Shown: one piece after another, positions 1-13,461 of the stretch
Layout: each line of letters starts with the position of its first letter
Position numbering within the stretch: the first letter of the stretch is position 1
Assembly (NCBI RefSeq): GCF_011386835.1
Contig: NC_088802.1
Location: 50,592,001 to 50,656,000 of the forward strand
DNA from: Chrysemys picta bellii
Lineage: Eukaryota
DNA: 64,000 nucleotides
Direction of reading: 5' to 3'
Made by a program: the position numbers and the translations under genes
The notes under the pieces: model-generated
The model's input: only the letters and a program-made list of their open reading frames with translations
Told to the model about the DNA's origin: nothing
The model's database searches: none

Positions 1-3000
1 ATTTCCTTGCCATTACTTTCACCCATCCTCTACAACATAATTTACAGTAATCTGCAACAAAGAAGGTCCTGTACTGTGTAATTACAGCTATATCTGGACC
101 TAATGCTAATTCTGGCACTTTTAGCAGTCTTCTTAAAAGGTGAAGTCTCTTATTCTCTATCTCGAGCCAAGTCTATTTTTATAGCACTCCTATTCTTTCA
201 TATTTCTAAGAAAAAATTACCCTATTTCAAGAAGTATAAGAGAAACATAAGCCTATTTTACTTGTGCTACCAAAATTAATCATTCTTGATGTTTTACTTC
301 CATATTATGAACTTCTGCAGAAGAGAACAATAGCATTTACTAAACATTCTAGCATGGGTTTCTAAGCTTTAAATACTTTCGATATACAGTACTACACATA
401 GTTTTCAACGAAGTACTGTTGAAAAGCCAAAACTCAGGGTAACCTCAAAAGCAAGCATATCAGAAGTCTGAGCACAACAATACCTAATGCATATCTGACA
501 AAACACAACAACATTTAAGAGATCTGTTTATTATTATTCTTTTTACAGAGATTACCATTGAAAAAGAGAGTCATATATTTTATTCCAAGATTAAATAGCA
601 TGCACAGGTAAGTAACAAGGGGATAACAACAGATAAGTAATCGTGACAAATTCCACTGAATACTCCAATGAATTAAGCAAAATATACAGCACAGCTTAAT
701 GAAGCATAAACCACTTCATATCCCTGCCCCCACTAATGAAATAATAGATTATTAAATTTGTATCTCTCAAGTAGATAAATGCTGAAACAGATTCTTTTAC
801 TAACCATATACCAAAATAAGTACATTAGTGTTAGAGATTTAACTATTAACTACAAAAACTAATCAGAAAATGCAATACAATAAAATAATTCACCTGGCAC
901 TTCACAATTTGCAGATGAATTAAAATGAGTTTCACAAAAATTAAATAATTGCTCAGAAATTAATAGTACCACACTGCATTTTTTAAAAAATAATAAATAA
1001 ATCCAATTTTTCATGGGTCTTCAGGAGAGGAACTCCTTCTTATGGACTATCACAAGCCTGAAGCATCAGGACTTCCCATTGAACGGGATGGTGGGTAAGG
1101 TTATGGAGCTTGGTTCTGAAGCCGCAGACTAAAGGTGCATTGAGGCCTCCCAAGGTCTACTTGAAATAGATATGCCACCTTGTGATCACTTAGGTTCTTC
1201 AGAAACAGGGCAGGAGCAGAACATCAGGACCATATTTTAAACATAAGGAAATTCTCATGGAAACACTTTAAGGTGAAGTTAAAGTTCCCAGAACATGAGT
1301 GGTTTGAGTGAAAGAATGTTTGAGGGGAAAAAAAAAAAAACCTACTAAACGTTAGAAACTAGGGAAAAGCAGAACTAAAAAGTTAATTTTCTGAAAAATA
1401 GCACAAATCCATATTAGAATAGGTAGGAAAAATTCTGACCATATCTGGAAGCCATGCTAGCTCTGTGTCTAATACAACACTTGGGGAATTGGCTACCACA
1501 TGGAATCATAGGAACTGATCTGTTGAGATGATGATCATTGCCTACAGACTCATCCCTTGAGTGAGCTGAGTCCTTATGAATGGTGGAGAATGACTGCCTT
1601 TGGCATGCTATTTGTCTCAACAGGAATTTGTAAAAATTCTTGTGCGTGTACTGTGCCCATAAAGTAAGCTACAATGGAGCCTATCCAGTGTTTTTGTGGG
1701 AATAGGCACCTGTGGAAGTAGATAAAAGATTTATACAGAAGATTCTTTGTTTCACCCTACCAGGCCACACTCTTGTAACATCATTTTAAATCCGGGATTA
1801 TCCCAAATTACTATTTCTCCATGAAAAAAGGATTGAAATTAAATTATAGATAGTTTGAGCCACACAATCCTGGCAAGCAACAGGAAGAAAGATCTGGCTA
1901 TCTCGTCTTATAAATAGCTTTATGAAATCCTCCTCTACTTCCAATCCACTATGTTTTTTCATGGTCTATTTTAGTAACCCATAGAGCGACCGTCTTACGA
2001 ATATGAGTCATGTTGTACTGTCAAGGCTAGAAGCCTAAAAATCAAACTCAACACACATTATCCATCTAATGTCTAAATCTTACTTTTTAACCCCAGGAAA
2101 ACATGCTAAAAATTTTTTTTTACTTTGATTAAATAAAACACTTTATTCATTTTTTGTTTTCTTAACTTTGCCCCATAAAGTCAAACTCAGTTTGCTCTCA
2201 AATACCCTGTATCACATTTTACTGGAATCAATATAAAGTCAAGATTAATTTTCACCAGTTCTTCCCAGATATGTGGTGCCCATTTAAATGTATAGCCCAG
2301 GGAATGAGAACAAAATCACCGAAGACATAGGGAGAACCTGTAATTTGCAAAGGGGATTTAGAGCCTTAAATTCTACTGATTTTCCAATGAAAATTAGGAT
2401 CCTAAATACCTACATGACATTTTAAAATGGGATTTGGGCTCCTAAATCACTTAGGTTTTTAGCCAATTTTACACTTTATGGGTTGTGAGGTTCTTTGTTG
2501 TGTTTTGTTATTAGCAAGAAGGGTAAAGTAAGAAGTATCACGTGTATATGAAACGGACAGACACAGGGGATAAGAAACACTTTGTTTGGATTTTCAATAT
2601 CACGATAATGTGCTGGACCGACACCAAGTTTCTCATAGTAGAGTGGAAAAAAGATATTCTACCAGCCAATTCTGTTGAAGGCTCACCCTGCATCTATAAT
2701 GAAACCTGGATGGCTACTTCCTAGATTGTTTAAATTTATTTAGTGAATAGGCAGGCTAATAGTAGTATATATTTGCTTAAGTGCCACCATGTATCTAGTC
2801 TCCTATACTGAATTGATGTTATACCTCACTCGTCACTAACTGCAAGTGTCAGGAGCTTTCAAGGAGGAGTATAATTTGTATGACTTGCCTCTGTGATTAC
2901 CTTTTTTATCAAAGTCAATGCTGCTTTCTAACTGGCTGGCTGATAGTGATCCACAGCTGCTCTGAAAATGCTCTCTCAACAAACAGTGGAAAGAGTGGAA

Positions 3001-3235
3001 TTTAAATATTTAAGAGCAGTTATAAGCCAAGGAAGGTCATACTTAAAATTTCAGAAACATGTATTTGAGGGCCCACTGCTAGTATTTTAACCAGGTTTTT
3101 ACTGTGCACAAGAAAGAAACACAGTGCAAAGCCTTTTCTGCATGATTTGTGTGCCAATATTATGCTGCAGATCACTTCACAGGATCTCTTGTGAACACTT
3201 TCTGCAGTTCAAATGTGTGGGGGGTTCAAGTCTCA

Positions 3236-3531
3236 GGCCTTGGCTACACTTACCCGGTAGTTCGACGGCTGGAAATCGAACTTCTGGGTTCGACTTATCG
3301 CGTCTAGTCTGGACGTGATAAGTCGAACCCGGAAGTGCTCGCCGTCGACTGCGGTACTCCAGCTCGCCGAGAGGAGTACCGCGGAGTCGACGGGGGAGCC
3401 TGCCTGCCGAGTGTGGACCAAGGTAAGTTCGAACTAATTCGAACTAAGGTACTTCGAACTTCAGCTACGTTATTCACGTAGCTGAAGTTGCGTACCTTTG
3501 TTCGAATTAGGGGGGTAGTGTAGACCAAGCC
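3236..3531. mobile_element. Non-autonomous PIF/Harbinger-type MITE (~296 bp), CpG-rich, with internal hairpins
   Basis: Imperfect TIRs GGCCTTGGCTACACT ... AGTGTAGACCAAGCC; flanks TCA/TTA resemble the 3-bp TWA target; internal stems at 3286-3330 and 3457-3489; same architecture as 17717-18013. Confidence 0.75.
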
Positions 3532-3604
3532 TTAGAGTCTAGCTTTGAGTTCAGGAATCAAAAGCATGAAACATCTCTAAGTCAAACTCAGTTGAAACGG
3601 CCAT

Positions 3605-3610
<6 letters not shown>

Positions 3611-3640
<30 letters not shown>
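3611..3640. repeat. (CT)15 microsatellite
   Basis: Read directly from the sequence. Confidence 0.97.
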
Positions 3641-3643
<3 letters not shown>

Positions 3644-6349
3644 GCTCTGTGGAATTGTAAATTTAGTCTGATTTCAAAGAAAAGATACAAAAGTGGCCTA
3701 CAGTTTCACCAAAAAGGTTTGCAAAACTTCAGTGACCTTCTGAGGTACTCGAGGTTTGAATTTGTAACAAAAAAGGAAAGCAGCAGACAAATGCTGTGTG
3801 ATTTTGAGCTTTGTTCCCTACATTCTGCACAGTGAAGCAATGGGAGGTCCTCTTAACATTGGAAATTCTCTTGTCATTATCAAATCTGGCATGTAAATAA
3901 ATCCCAACCACTCTCTAGAAAGTGATGTACCATCTTAAAATTTCAGTGTATTTCTCAAAAGGTAGATGAGGGACATTATTGCAGTGACACCAGATTCTTG
4001 TTACTAATACAAGCAGGGCTCTCTGCAAACATTTCTAACTTTACTATATTATAATTATTCAATACATCCCTTCTGTCCAAGAGGGACACAACTTGTTTTC
4101 CCTTTTTTGTTGTAAATGCCTCTGGATACAGATTATATGACTTCCTGCTCTCTACCAATCTTTCTAGAATGTTAAAAAACATGACATTTCCTCAAGCTTG
4201 TAGTCCTCTTTTTAACTGTAGGATGGCTAGTTGGGTTTTTTTTTATCCTGCTGTTCTCTATCAATCTAATAGCCCTTTACAGAGTGATTAAAATGGGTAC
4301 ATATTTTGAGTGTCTCTGCCAGGAATTGTTTAATTGTTGAAAGAAATCATGCATCAACAGATATAGAAAGAATGCAAAATGTGGTACATGTGAATTTATC
4401 ATCTCACACTGCTGGTACAACACTGACTTCACGATCTAGGATAGTAAAACCAAGGGAAGGCCCTTGAGATCTAAGCCATACATCCACAAGGACCTTACTG
4501 GGAGTGCAGTGACCTTTGTTCAAATCACAGATGCAAAGCGTGTAGCTTGTTTTCTAATGTCTCTGACATTGGCCATAATAGATGTTGAGCTTGAAATTAC
4601 ACTTTGTTGGATTTCCATAGGAAAGGGATATTCAAGGCAAAAGGCATCATTTGCTTCTTTATGTCTGAAGTGGAAATCTAAATTCTTCCTCCTTCCCCAA
4701 TATATTTTTTTTAAATAAACATAACAAAAAGAGCGGATTCATACATTTAATTAATAGGTCGATGTAATGAGCACTGGCAAAGTAAGTTTCATTTCATTTG
4801 CTTATTTTCTTGCAAATGCTGTTAATGTCAGTGCTCCCATAATTTCTGCCTCCTCTATCTTCTAGGAAATGTATTTAATAATGGAAACAAAGTATGCTTC
4901 GAGGTACTATACGTCTCTCTCTACACAAAAATCACTTTCTTGAAAAAAAGAGAGAAAGATCATGCATTGTGTATAAAACTGGTCTGGAAACAGACAAAGC
5001 ACACTCTTTCACAAAATGGCACTATATTATTTTCCTTGGGAGTATTTAAGTATAATTGAAAGACTATTTTCATCTCAGAAACTTGGAGAATTTCAAATGC
5101 AAGTTAACTAGACACCTGAATGAAATGACAACAAATATATCAGACAATTATATAAATACTAAAGTATTTTTATAATTAATATCCTTTTCACAAAAATCAT
5201 CATATGGTACATTGGAAACTCTAGGGCATGGAAACAGTGTTCTGCATTCCAGGGGTATGCAAATTGTACTAACTTAGGTAGTAATAACATAACAGAGTAA
5301 AATACTAAAATGTAAACATTATAAAACCTACCAAACATTTTAGTAAATTGAAGCGTAACAGTCTATAACCCTCTTCATTTACTAGTACCTATTGTTGTAG
5401 AAAAGATTATTAAACATTTATTTTCTGTATTATTCTTACAGGAAATAACACACCATGCTTTGGGGATTAAATGTATGTCAACATTGATAACCCAAATGAA
5501 GTATTTAAATACTGTCTCCAAAATCCAGACAGGAAATGTAACATGCAATATTAAAAATGATTAACAACTTTCCAGATAATGGATTCTACAACAGTTAAGA
5601 GAGGCTTCATCCGATTAAATGGTCTCACACTTTCATTTGCAATGCTGCCCTGCAGAAAAGAAAAGCCAGGAGTGTGCACTGAAGAATACACACTTGAAGT
5701 ATCAAAGGCAGATTTATAGCCCAGGTATATAAACTAATTCACCACTAGTACAAAGGACCTTTCTCCACGTTCCCAAGCCTAACACCTCACTGCCTCTGAT
5801 GTTGATTTTAAATGCACCATGTTCTTTACTAACCTCTTATTCTCATAGGTGAATAATAATGTAATCATATTTTAACTCGTTTATTCCTTTCAGTTTTTAA
5901 AAGAATCTAAAACCTAAAGTAACGGTTTATTATTTGTAGTCACACATGGTATTTAGAGTACTGGTAATAAGACACACACACACAACACTGTGGATGAAAT
6001 CCTGGCCCTGTTGAAACCAACAGGAGTTGTGACACTGAATTCAATACGTCTGCTCCAAAAAAACATAGGCTAACGGAAAGCACAACATAATAAGCTGGTG
6101 ATGTTGCCTATCTTGTTGAGTCCAATGTGGTGGTGGTCTTTCTTAACTGCTGCAAATTAGTTCTTCACCCACACCTTGAAGTATAAAGTTTTGCCTACTA
6201 AAATGTCAGGTAATATCAGGCTCCAACACAATTAAGTCAAGTAGCAGAAGACAGAGTTAAATTTGGGTGGCAGCACACAAGTACTGCAGAACAGGTGCAT
6301 GGCTGGTAGTGATTTGAAGAAGGGAACATTTGGGACACCACTGATTAAG

Positions 6350-6660
6350 AAGCTGTTTCACATGGGAAAGAGATGATGTGCCAAGAATGGAGGATGAAAA
6401 GAAAGGGAGCGATTAAGAGGAAGACTACCCCCAAGGCACTGGGAAGGGCATAAGAAGAAACAGAAGGGTGGAGTGCTTTAAATGGCATGCCGAGATGCTG
6501 GAACTGAATGAGGGGGAATAAGAGGGAGCCAGGGCACACAGATAAGGAGATGAAAGGAAGGAGGTCAGAGCAATAGGAGAAGATTATTTTTAATCCCAGG
6601 AAGATGAATTTAGCCATGGTATTTGGGTCAGGATGAAGCTTCATGTATACTAAAGAATTG
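6350..6660 (-). mobile_element. Possible old L2-like LINE 3' fragment
   Basis: Purine-rich + strand; the reverse complement loosely resembles L2 3' ends as I recall them (..CAGCATCTCGGCATGCCATTTAAAGCACTCCAC..). No diagnostic protein motif. Confidence 0.25.
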
Positions 6661-9600
6661 CACTGTTGCAACTTGAAGCTGTTTAGTCACATGGGTGCAA
6701 GTTGGCACAGTGCTGCATGTCCACACTATCCATCCAGTTTTGAGTACGATGTAAAACACAGTAGTCCTGAGCATCTGAGTTCCACGTCATAGATGTAACC
6801 GAGAACTTTCAGGTGGCAAACATGCATGCAGCCATGATTCCTTAAAAATGGAAAGCTGAGGAGACTTGAACTTTTATGAGCCTCTGGTACTCAGGACTAG
6901 CTGGTCTGTGGCAAAGGTATATAACGCACAGGCTTAACACATGTACTTGTATCTCATCTCATAACTCGGACCATGCTCTAATCACCAGATCACATGCCGT
7001 TCCTCTTTACAAACAAATATTTAAATATATACTGTATATAGAGAATACGGTACTTTATTTCCTTTGAGACACCTTAGATTCTAGTCTGAAATGTGCCCTC
7101 ATAGACTGATCATTAAGAGAGAGCTAGATTGTTTGTACAGACTTATGTTTTGAATTTGCAAGAAACTAATAATTCTACTATGCAAATGTGTACTATTTTA
7201 CTGCTTTTGGAGAAGGCCGCTGCTTATCTCCAGCATAAATTATACTAAAAGTTATACAAATCAGAGGACTCAGAGTCTAATCAGGATAACAGCGCTTACC
7301 ACCTGAAACTCATTTCACTTTCCAAAACAAGAAAAGCCTTCAAAGACGTATTTGCTTTTGACAAAAGCTATTAATTTCACATGTAAATTCTTAAAAACAA
7401 CCCAAGCTTTCAGAGTTTATAACCAACAGAGAGTTTATAATCCTCCATATAACTTTTTGTTCATCCATTATTTACTGATCTAGTAAATACCACGTTAAAA
7501 ACGTGCATGAGAAGCTCATTAAAATCTAGTGACACGAGTATAGTTTACTGGTACATGTCATCTGCAATAGATAATGCTCTATAATCTAGAGCCTAAATGG
7601 GATATAAGCAACAAAACAGAGTGTTTCAGACAAAGGAAACTTCAGAATGTATTGTTCCTATAAACAGATGTTAAATTACTTCACTGTATAATAGAATTTA
7701 TAATCCTGAAGGTTTCTATGTGAACAAGCAACATCAGTTTATTATTTCAGTAGGGTGCAATAAAGTTCTCATTTTACTTGCAATTTGTAATGAACTGGAG
7801 GCCAATTATAAAAAGCCAAAGGTTTCTCACCAGAAATGCTATGCATACATAAAACTATTGATAAAGCTCTTAAAAATGAAGTAGAATCTTTCTAGTTCAC
7901 TAATGACTACCAGACCACAGCAGACTAGAGTATTTTGCAAGTGATCAAACTAGAAAGCAAATATAATACTTCACAAAATGCACTTTGCTAATTTATTTCA
8001 GTAATTTTCATTTATGAAGCATAGATACAGTAATTGAAATTAATGTACTGATAATTATTACAGCATACATTGTAAAAAACAAAAAACACACCATATCCTA
8101 GTAATATAAAACCTTACCACAGCGCTCAGTGACTGAATCCTTTCTGAGAAATGGGATGAGGAAGATGTTGTTTTTACATAATTGTAAATTAGCAAGGTTC
8201 TACTTTAAATACACAGGGAAAATTCAGGAAGACTAACCTATCTTCAAAATTGTAATGTGTTCTGCAAGGGCAGAATCCTGTAATTATCTGGAACCCCACT
8301 AACTTATGTGGTTCCATGCAGGGACAGGGGACCACCAATATGGAACTTCTAGCAGGGGCCTTAGTGTTAACACTACAGACAGTGTTGCTCTAGATACATA
8401 GCAAGATCCCTCTCCTGCAGTATGTTGCAGTTGTGCAGTTTAAAGCACAGGACCAGGGGCTAAAACATAAAATATATTTGACTGTACTATATACTATTAA
8501 ATAATTTTCTGGTGTTTATAAATATGTATGTACATACACACATGTAAAATGTGCAGTAAATATGAAATGTGCACAGCACCTTGAAATACAGAATAGTTTG
8601 TGATCAAGTGATTTATAAAAAGGGCCACATTAAGATCCTTTAAAGTTTCTACTGATTAGGAAAACAATGATAAAATTACTTTTTGCCCCATTGCATAGCG
8701 AGTTATAAAACTGGCTTCTACATAAAAGTAGGCCTAATTTTTTTCAAACATTTTAATTTTTAAGAATAGTTTCAAATGGCTCATTCTTCGCTGTTCAATA
8801 CGAAGAAATGGGCTCATGAGGCTGGTAAAAATTACCATATTTAAATTTTCTTTCTAGTTATACAAATTATTTCCCACAAGTTTGGATTCAGCCATCCAGT
8901 TAACATCTTCTGAAATATTTAGCAAACGGTTGGTTCATCTCAAGTCCAATACTGCTCTAATCATTTACCGTGACAATCACTATTAACTGCTGATGCATGC
9001 GCTAAAATTCATACTTCTCATTCTCATCCTCTTATGTGGCATCTGCATCTTTCCTGCAAACTTATTACAGATTTGTTTATATGTTGTTGCTAGAAAAAAA
9101 TGATTTGAAATAAATACCACAGGCCAGAGAAAAATCTTTACATGAAAAAGAGAGAGCATTTTCTAACTGATCCCAAATTTTAGACCCCATTAATTTGAAT
9201 GTGTCATTTGAAAGACATCCTATTCAGTTGTTCACCAGTAAAACTTAGAAGAATATCTAAAGGATACGGGACTCTCAAATTTGCATCCTTCTAAAGAAGG
9301 GATGAGGCAAATGAATAAAACTATAGATTTGTAAGTGATAACACCACATCCATTTCAGAACTAAGAAAATATATAAATGCTTAAATATATTTAATTGTAA
9401 TTGCACCTTTCATTACTGCTGATTAATAAAGTGAAATTACTTCCTTACACTGTCTTTTTATATTTAACTCAAAGAATGAAATTTATTTTTGATTAATTAA
9501 TATTGTTGATTGCATTCTTTAATAACGAATGGCAAACTACAAAAAGACATTTCCCTCTTTTATTCTGAAAAACAAAGTTACATAGGATGACAACAATGAT

Positions 9601-10324
9601 ATTTTAGACGTGTGCACACACACTTCCCATGCAAAAAACAGTGAACATTTTCATGTAACCATGAGCTATGTGACAAATCAGTCCAGGTACTCTTTAGCCC
9701 TACATCACTGAGGCCTGCAACAGTTACGTCCTCACTGCAGAGTTAGTTTGAGTTATCTATATAGCTTGAATGAGATGGCCAACTGCAAAATAACACTCCA
9801 GCAACAGAGTTATTGTGTTAGTAGGACAGAGTAAATGTATCCCTACTGCATTACTAGCTCAAATATGAGGAGCACCTGAGCTTTGATTCATACCTTCCCT
9901 CTCTCCCCCATTGGCCAGCTAGCTCAAGTTTAAAGCACTCCCTAACTCAAGCCAATTCTAATTTTGTTATTTCAAAAGGAAAATTCTTACGTATTGAAAA
10001 TGCATGGCCATAACAGAGATACTGCCTGCATCGAGAAATATCAGTATATATAATACTACAAACATTGACTTTTTGCTTGGGTGAACATATCACCATCCTG
10101 TTTTGTTTGAGGGAATACTGCCCTCTGTTATGATGTGGTCAATATTTACCTCAGCTTTACTTACTAAAATGGATATTTCAAGTCTATACATCCTTATATT
10201 CATTTCAATATATTGTTCTATTCCCAATAACTTAAAACTCTATTATAGAGTGGCAATTTTGATGATCTTTGCAGTGAAGCATTACTGTTAGGAGCAACAC
10301 AGTTTAAAAAAAAAAAACACATCA

Positions 10325-10438
<114 letters not shown>

Positions 10439-13329
10439 TTAAAAAAAAAAGGGGGGGGAGGGGAAACAACAGTTAGAGTGGCACAGATTTACTAAATCTT
10501 TACTGTTGAAACAAATTTAGTTTCACTGAAATCAGTGTATGGAGAAGGGAACTTCAGAAAGTTAGGATACTTTGGATTAAAAAGTGACAATTCTCCGTGA
10601 TGTTTACATGTGCATGTACCTGTTTAGTGCTGGTATTACAGTTTGTCCATTTTTGAAATACTGCAAAGTATATGAAAGTCACTGTTTGCTCTGCTACAAA
10701 AATGACTTGTGGACATAATATTATTTCAGTTTTGCAGACAGGGAGTTATCTGGTTACAGATTTGAAAGAAACTTCTCCTGCTATAACATGATGTAATATA
10801 GGCCCAGCAGATCTTCCAATGTTGGCATTTTATTTTATGGAACACTTGGACTTTTCAGCAGGCCTCTCCTCAAATCTTTATATCTTTTACTCTATAGCTT
10901 ACAGCTTTTAAACAAAGGAAAACCCAGCCACTTGGTCAGAACCAATATTTTCCTGGTTACATGTTAATGTTTTTATGTTCCGCGCCTTAGGTGAATACAA
11001 AATTACAAGGATATTACTACTGTTCATGCAGTCTTATGAAAAAGGTGGTTCTCTTGTGTATATACCTTGCAAACACTAGTTATGTTACATCAGTCAGTGT
11101 ATTCTCTCTGGTAACTTTGATTTAAGCATCATCACATTGCATAAACATCCTGCTAGAACCATTTTAGACAGGGCAACTTGTAAGGAAACTCCTCTAAATC
11201 ATTATTTATAGATTACACTCTATTTTATTCTATGTCAGACTGAAAGTTCTTGATTAGATTCAACTACTTAATAATTCAGGAAGAAACTACGGAGCTTATT
11301 TGTAACACTTAAGCCATAAAAAAACTTCAGACAATTCTACCTCAAAAATGCTCTACCTTGTTACAGCTAGAGGAAATCCTAAACAAATGCAGAGATGTCA
11401 TAGCTCTATACATAATTTTCCCTATAAATATGGTGAGTGAGGACAGGGCAAGTGGGAAGAGGAGAAAGAGTGAATGGAAAGAGAATTCACAAATTTAAAG
11501 GCCAGAATAACATAGTCCAAAGCATTTTACCCAGGAATTATTCTTCCCTACTATGTAAGTGGACACTATCAAGCCAAGTAACTTGTTTCAAAATCTGGAC
11601 TTTGGGGCATACAGAAATATAGACATTACCCTGTGAAGATTGGTGCTCTGTTTACAATGATATAACGTTTTTGCTTATTTAAAATTATGTTAGGAGCATT
11701 ATTTTTAATATTTTTAAATGACTGTTGCATTGCTGTGGTTAACTTTTGTTAAGCCTAAAGTTTAAAGTAACTTTGACTCTTTAAATGCGCACTTGGACTA
11801 AAAGTCACATAACTGTTGATTGGCAAACTGGATCAGGATTTGTCACGTTAAATACAATAATGAAGAGCTTTTTCAAAACTTAAATGCAAGTGAGTATTTA
11901 CTTTTTCCTAATTTAGCTTCTCATGTATTTCATGTAGTCAGTTGGCGTGTCTCATGGGACATAAACATGGCCATTGTTGGCTCCACTTCAGACATTCCCC
12001 ACAATTCCCCTGAAAATTCGCCACTGCCAACAGGTATGTATGTGGCCTCCTAATAAGTACTCATGGGTTTAAGGAGATGTGTATTTGAAGCAGGAAAAGG
12101 ATTTATTTCCTCCTTGCAGAGCCTTTCTTTGCCCACAACAATCAATTTTGCCGCCTTTTACAGGCGACAGGAATTGTCCAAGAGGGAGCTTTTGTCCCCC
12201 ATAAGTCCTACCCTACAAAGGTGCACTATTTGAAGTGGCCAGTGCTACTTATTCATCAATTCTGAGGCAAGACATGTCATTAAGCTGAGTTACAATTGTA
12301 AATCTCTATCAGTCTCTGACAGAAGGAGAAATCTAAAAGATCTCTGTGGTTATCTGAAAAACCATAATGTTAGACACATTAGAAGTTATAAATACTGTAT
12401 AATACGCAAAGAGATATTACATGCTTAATTATATTCTTTAGGTCGGATGATGCATAAACTGTCAACACCAGTAATGAGAATCAGTCCTCATTGCTATTTT
12501 CAAAGACATAACATACTTCAAGACTATAAAATTACAATCTCAATATGTAACTTTTCATCAGAACGAGTTTCACGACAATTTATCTGTGATGGCTTTTATG
12601 CTGCAAGACACACATGAATAAACAGTAAATTGCTTTCTTCATGCATTCAAAAGTTGTCAACATGCATACAGCCGATTCATAAAATTTACTGAAGTAATTT
12701 GATACAGAGAAATACGTTTTCTAGTCTCACTTGGCTATTTGCAGCCAAGTGTTCAATAAGGTCTATTACCATATTCCTATAAAATCCTTTCAGCTTCATC
12801 AGCAATCAAATGCAGCGCCTCAATATGTATCATAATAATCATCAAAATTTAAGCAAAATTAAACATGATCAGATAATGTAAAATGCAAAGAGCTAACTGT
12901 CAACAATGTGAAAACAAGTAACCACTTACAAAATGATATAACATCAAATCAACAATATGTCCTGTGGTCCTTTACAGCTGAAAGAATGGTTACTACCTGT
13001 ATTTTAGGGTAGGACAGACTGTAGTACAGTAAATGTATTATAGTGGCAAAAGAGACCATGTTATGATACCATATCGCGGTAGTGATAATAGGAGTTACTA
13101 GATAGCTACAACTGTTTTCAGTAAAGAGGAAGCCACAGTACCCACAAAATATCATGCAGTATTTAACATCAAATGTGTAAATGTTACTTAATACCACTGC
13201 CTATTATGGGCATGGAGGTCAAACATCCATGTAGTGATTAGTTAGCAAAATGTGAAAATTCATCCTTGATGCAGCTTCATTTTGTATGGACTTCAACTGT
13301 TACACCAATGATGAATTTGGCAGTTTGTT

Positions 13330-13461
13330 GACCAAGTCTCTGCGTAGCTCGAAACCTTGTCTGTCTCTTCTACCAAACGAAGTTGGTCCAGTAAGAGATA
13401 TTATCTCATCCACATTGTCTCTCTCATATCCTGGGACCAACATGGCTACAACAATATTGCA
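13330..13461 (+). mobile_element. Penelope-like element terminal-repeat (pLTR) fragment, degenerate
   Basis: AGCTCGAAA..TTGTC..GAAGTTGGTCCAGTAAGAGATATTATCTCATCCACATTGTCTCTCTCATATCCTGGGACCAACATGGCTACAACA matches my recollection of the turtle Penelope 3' terminus, which follows the sequence seen at 50370-50480. Confidence 0.65.

Noticed and set aside
13304-13447. Apparent minus-strand last exon encoding MLVPGYERDNVDEIISLTGPTSFGRRDRQGFELRRDLVNKLPNSSLV* with a PDZ-like end
   Set aside because: Most of it is the antisense strand of a Penelope terminal repeat, so the frame is most likely fortuitous.
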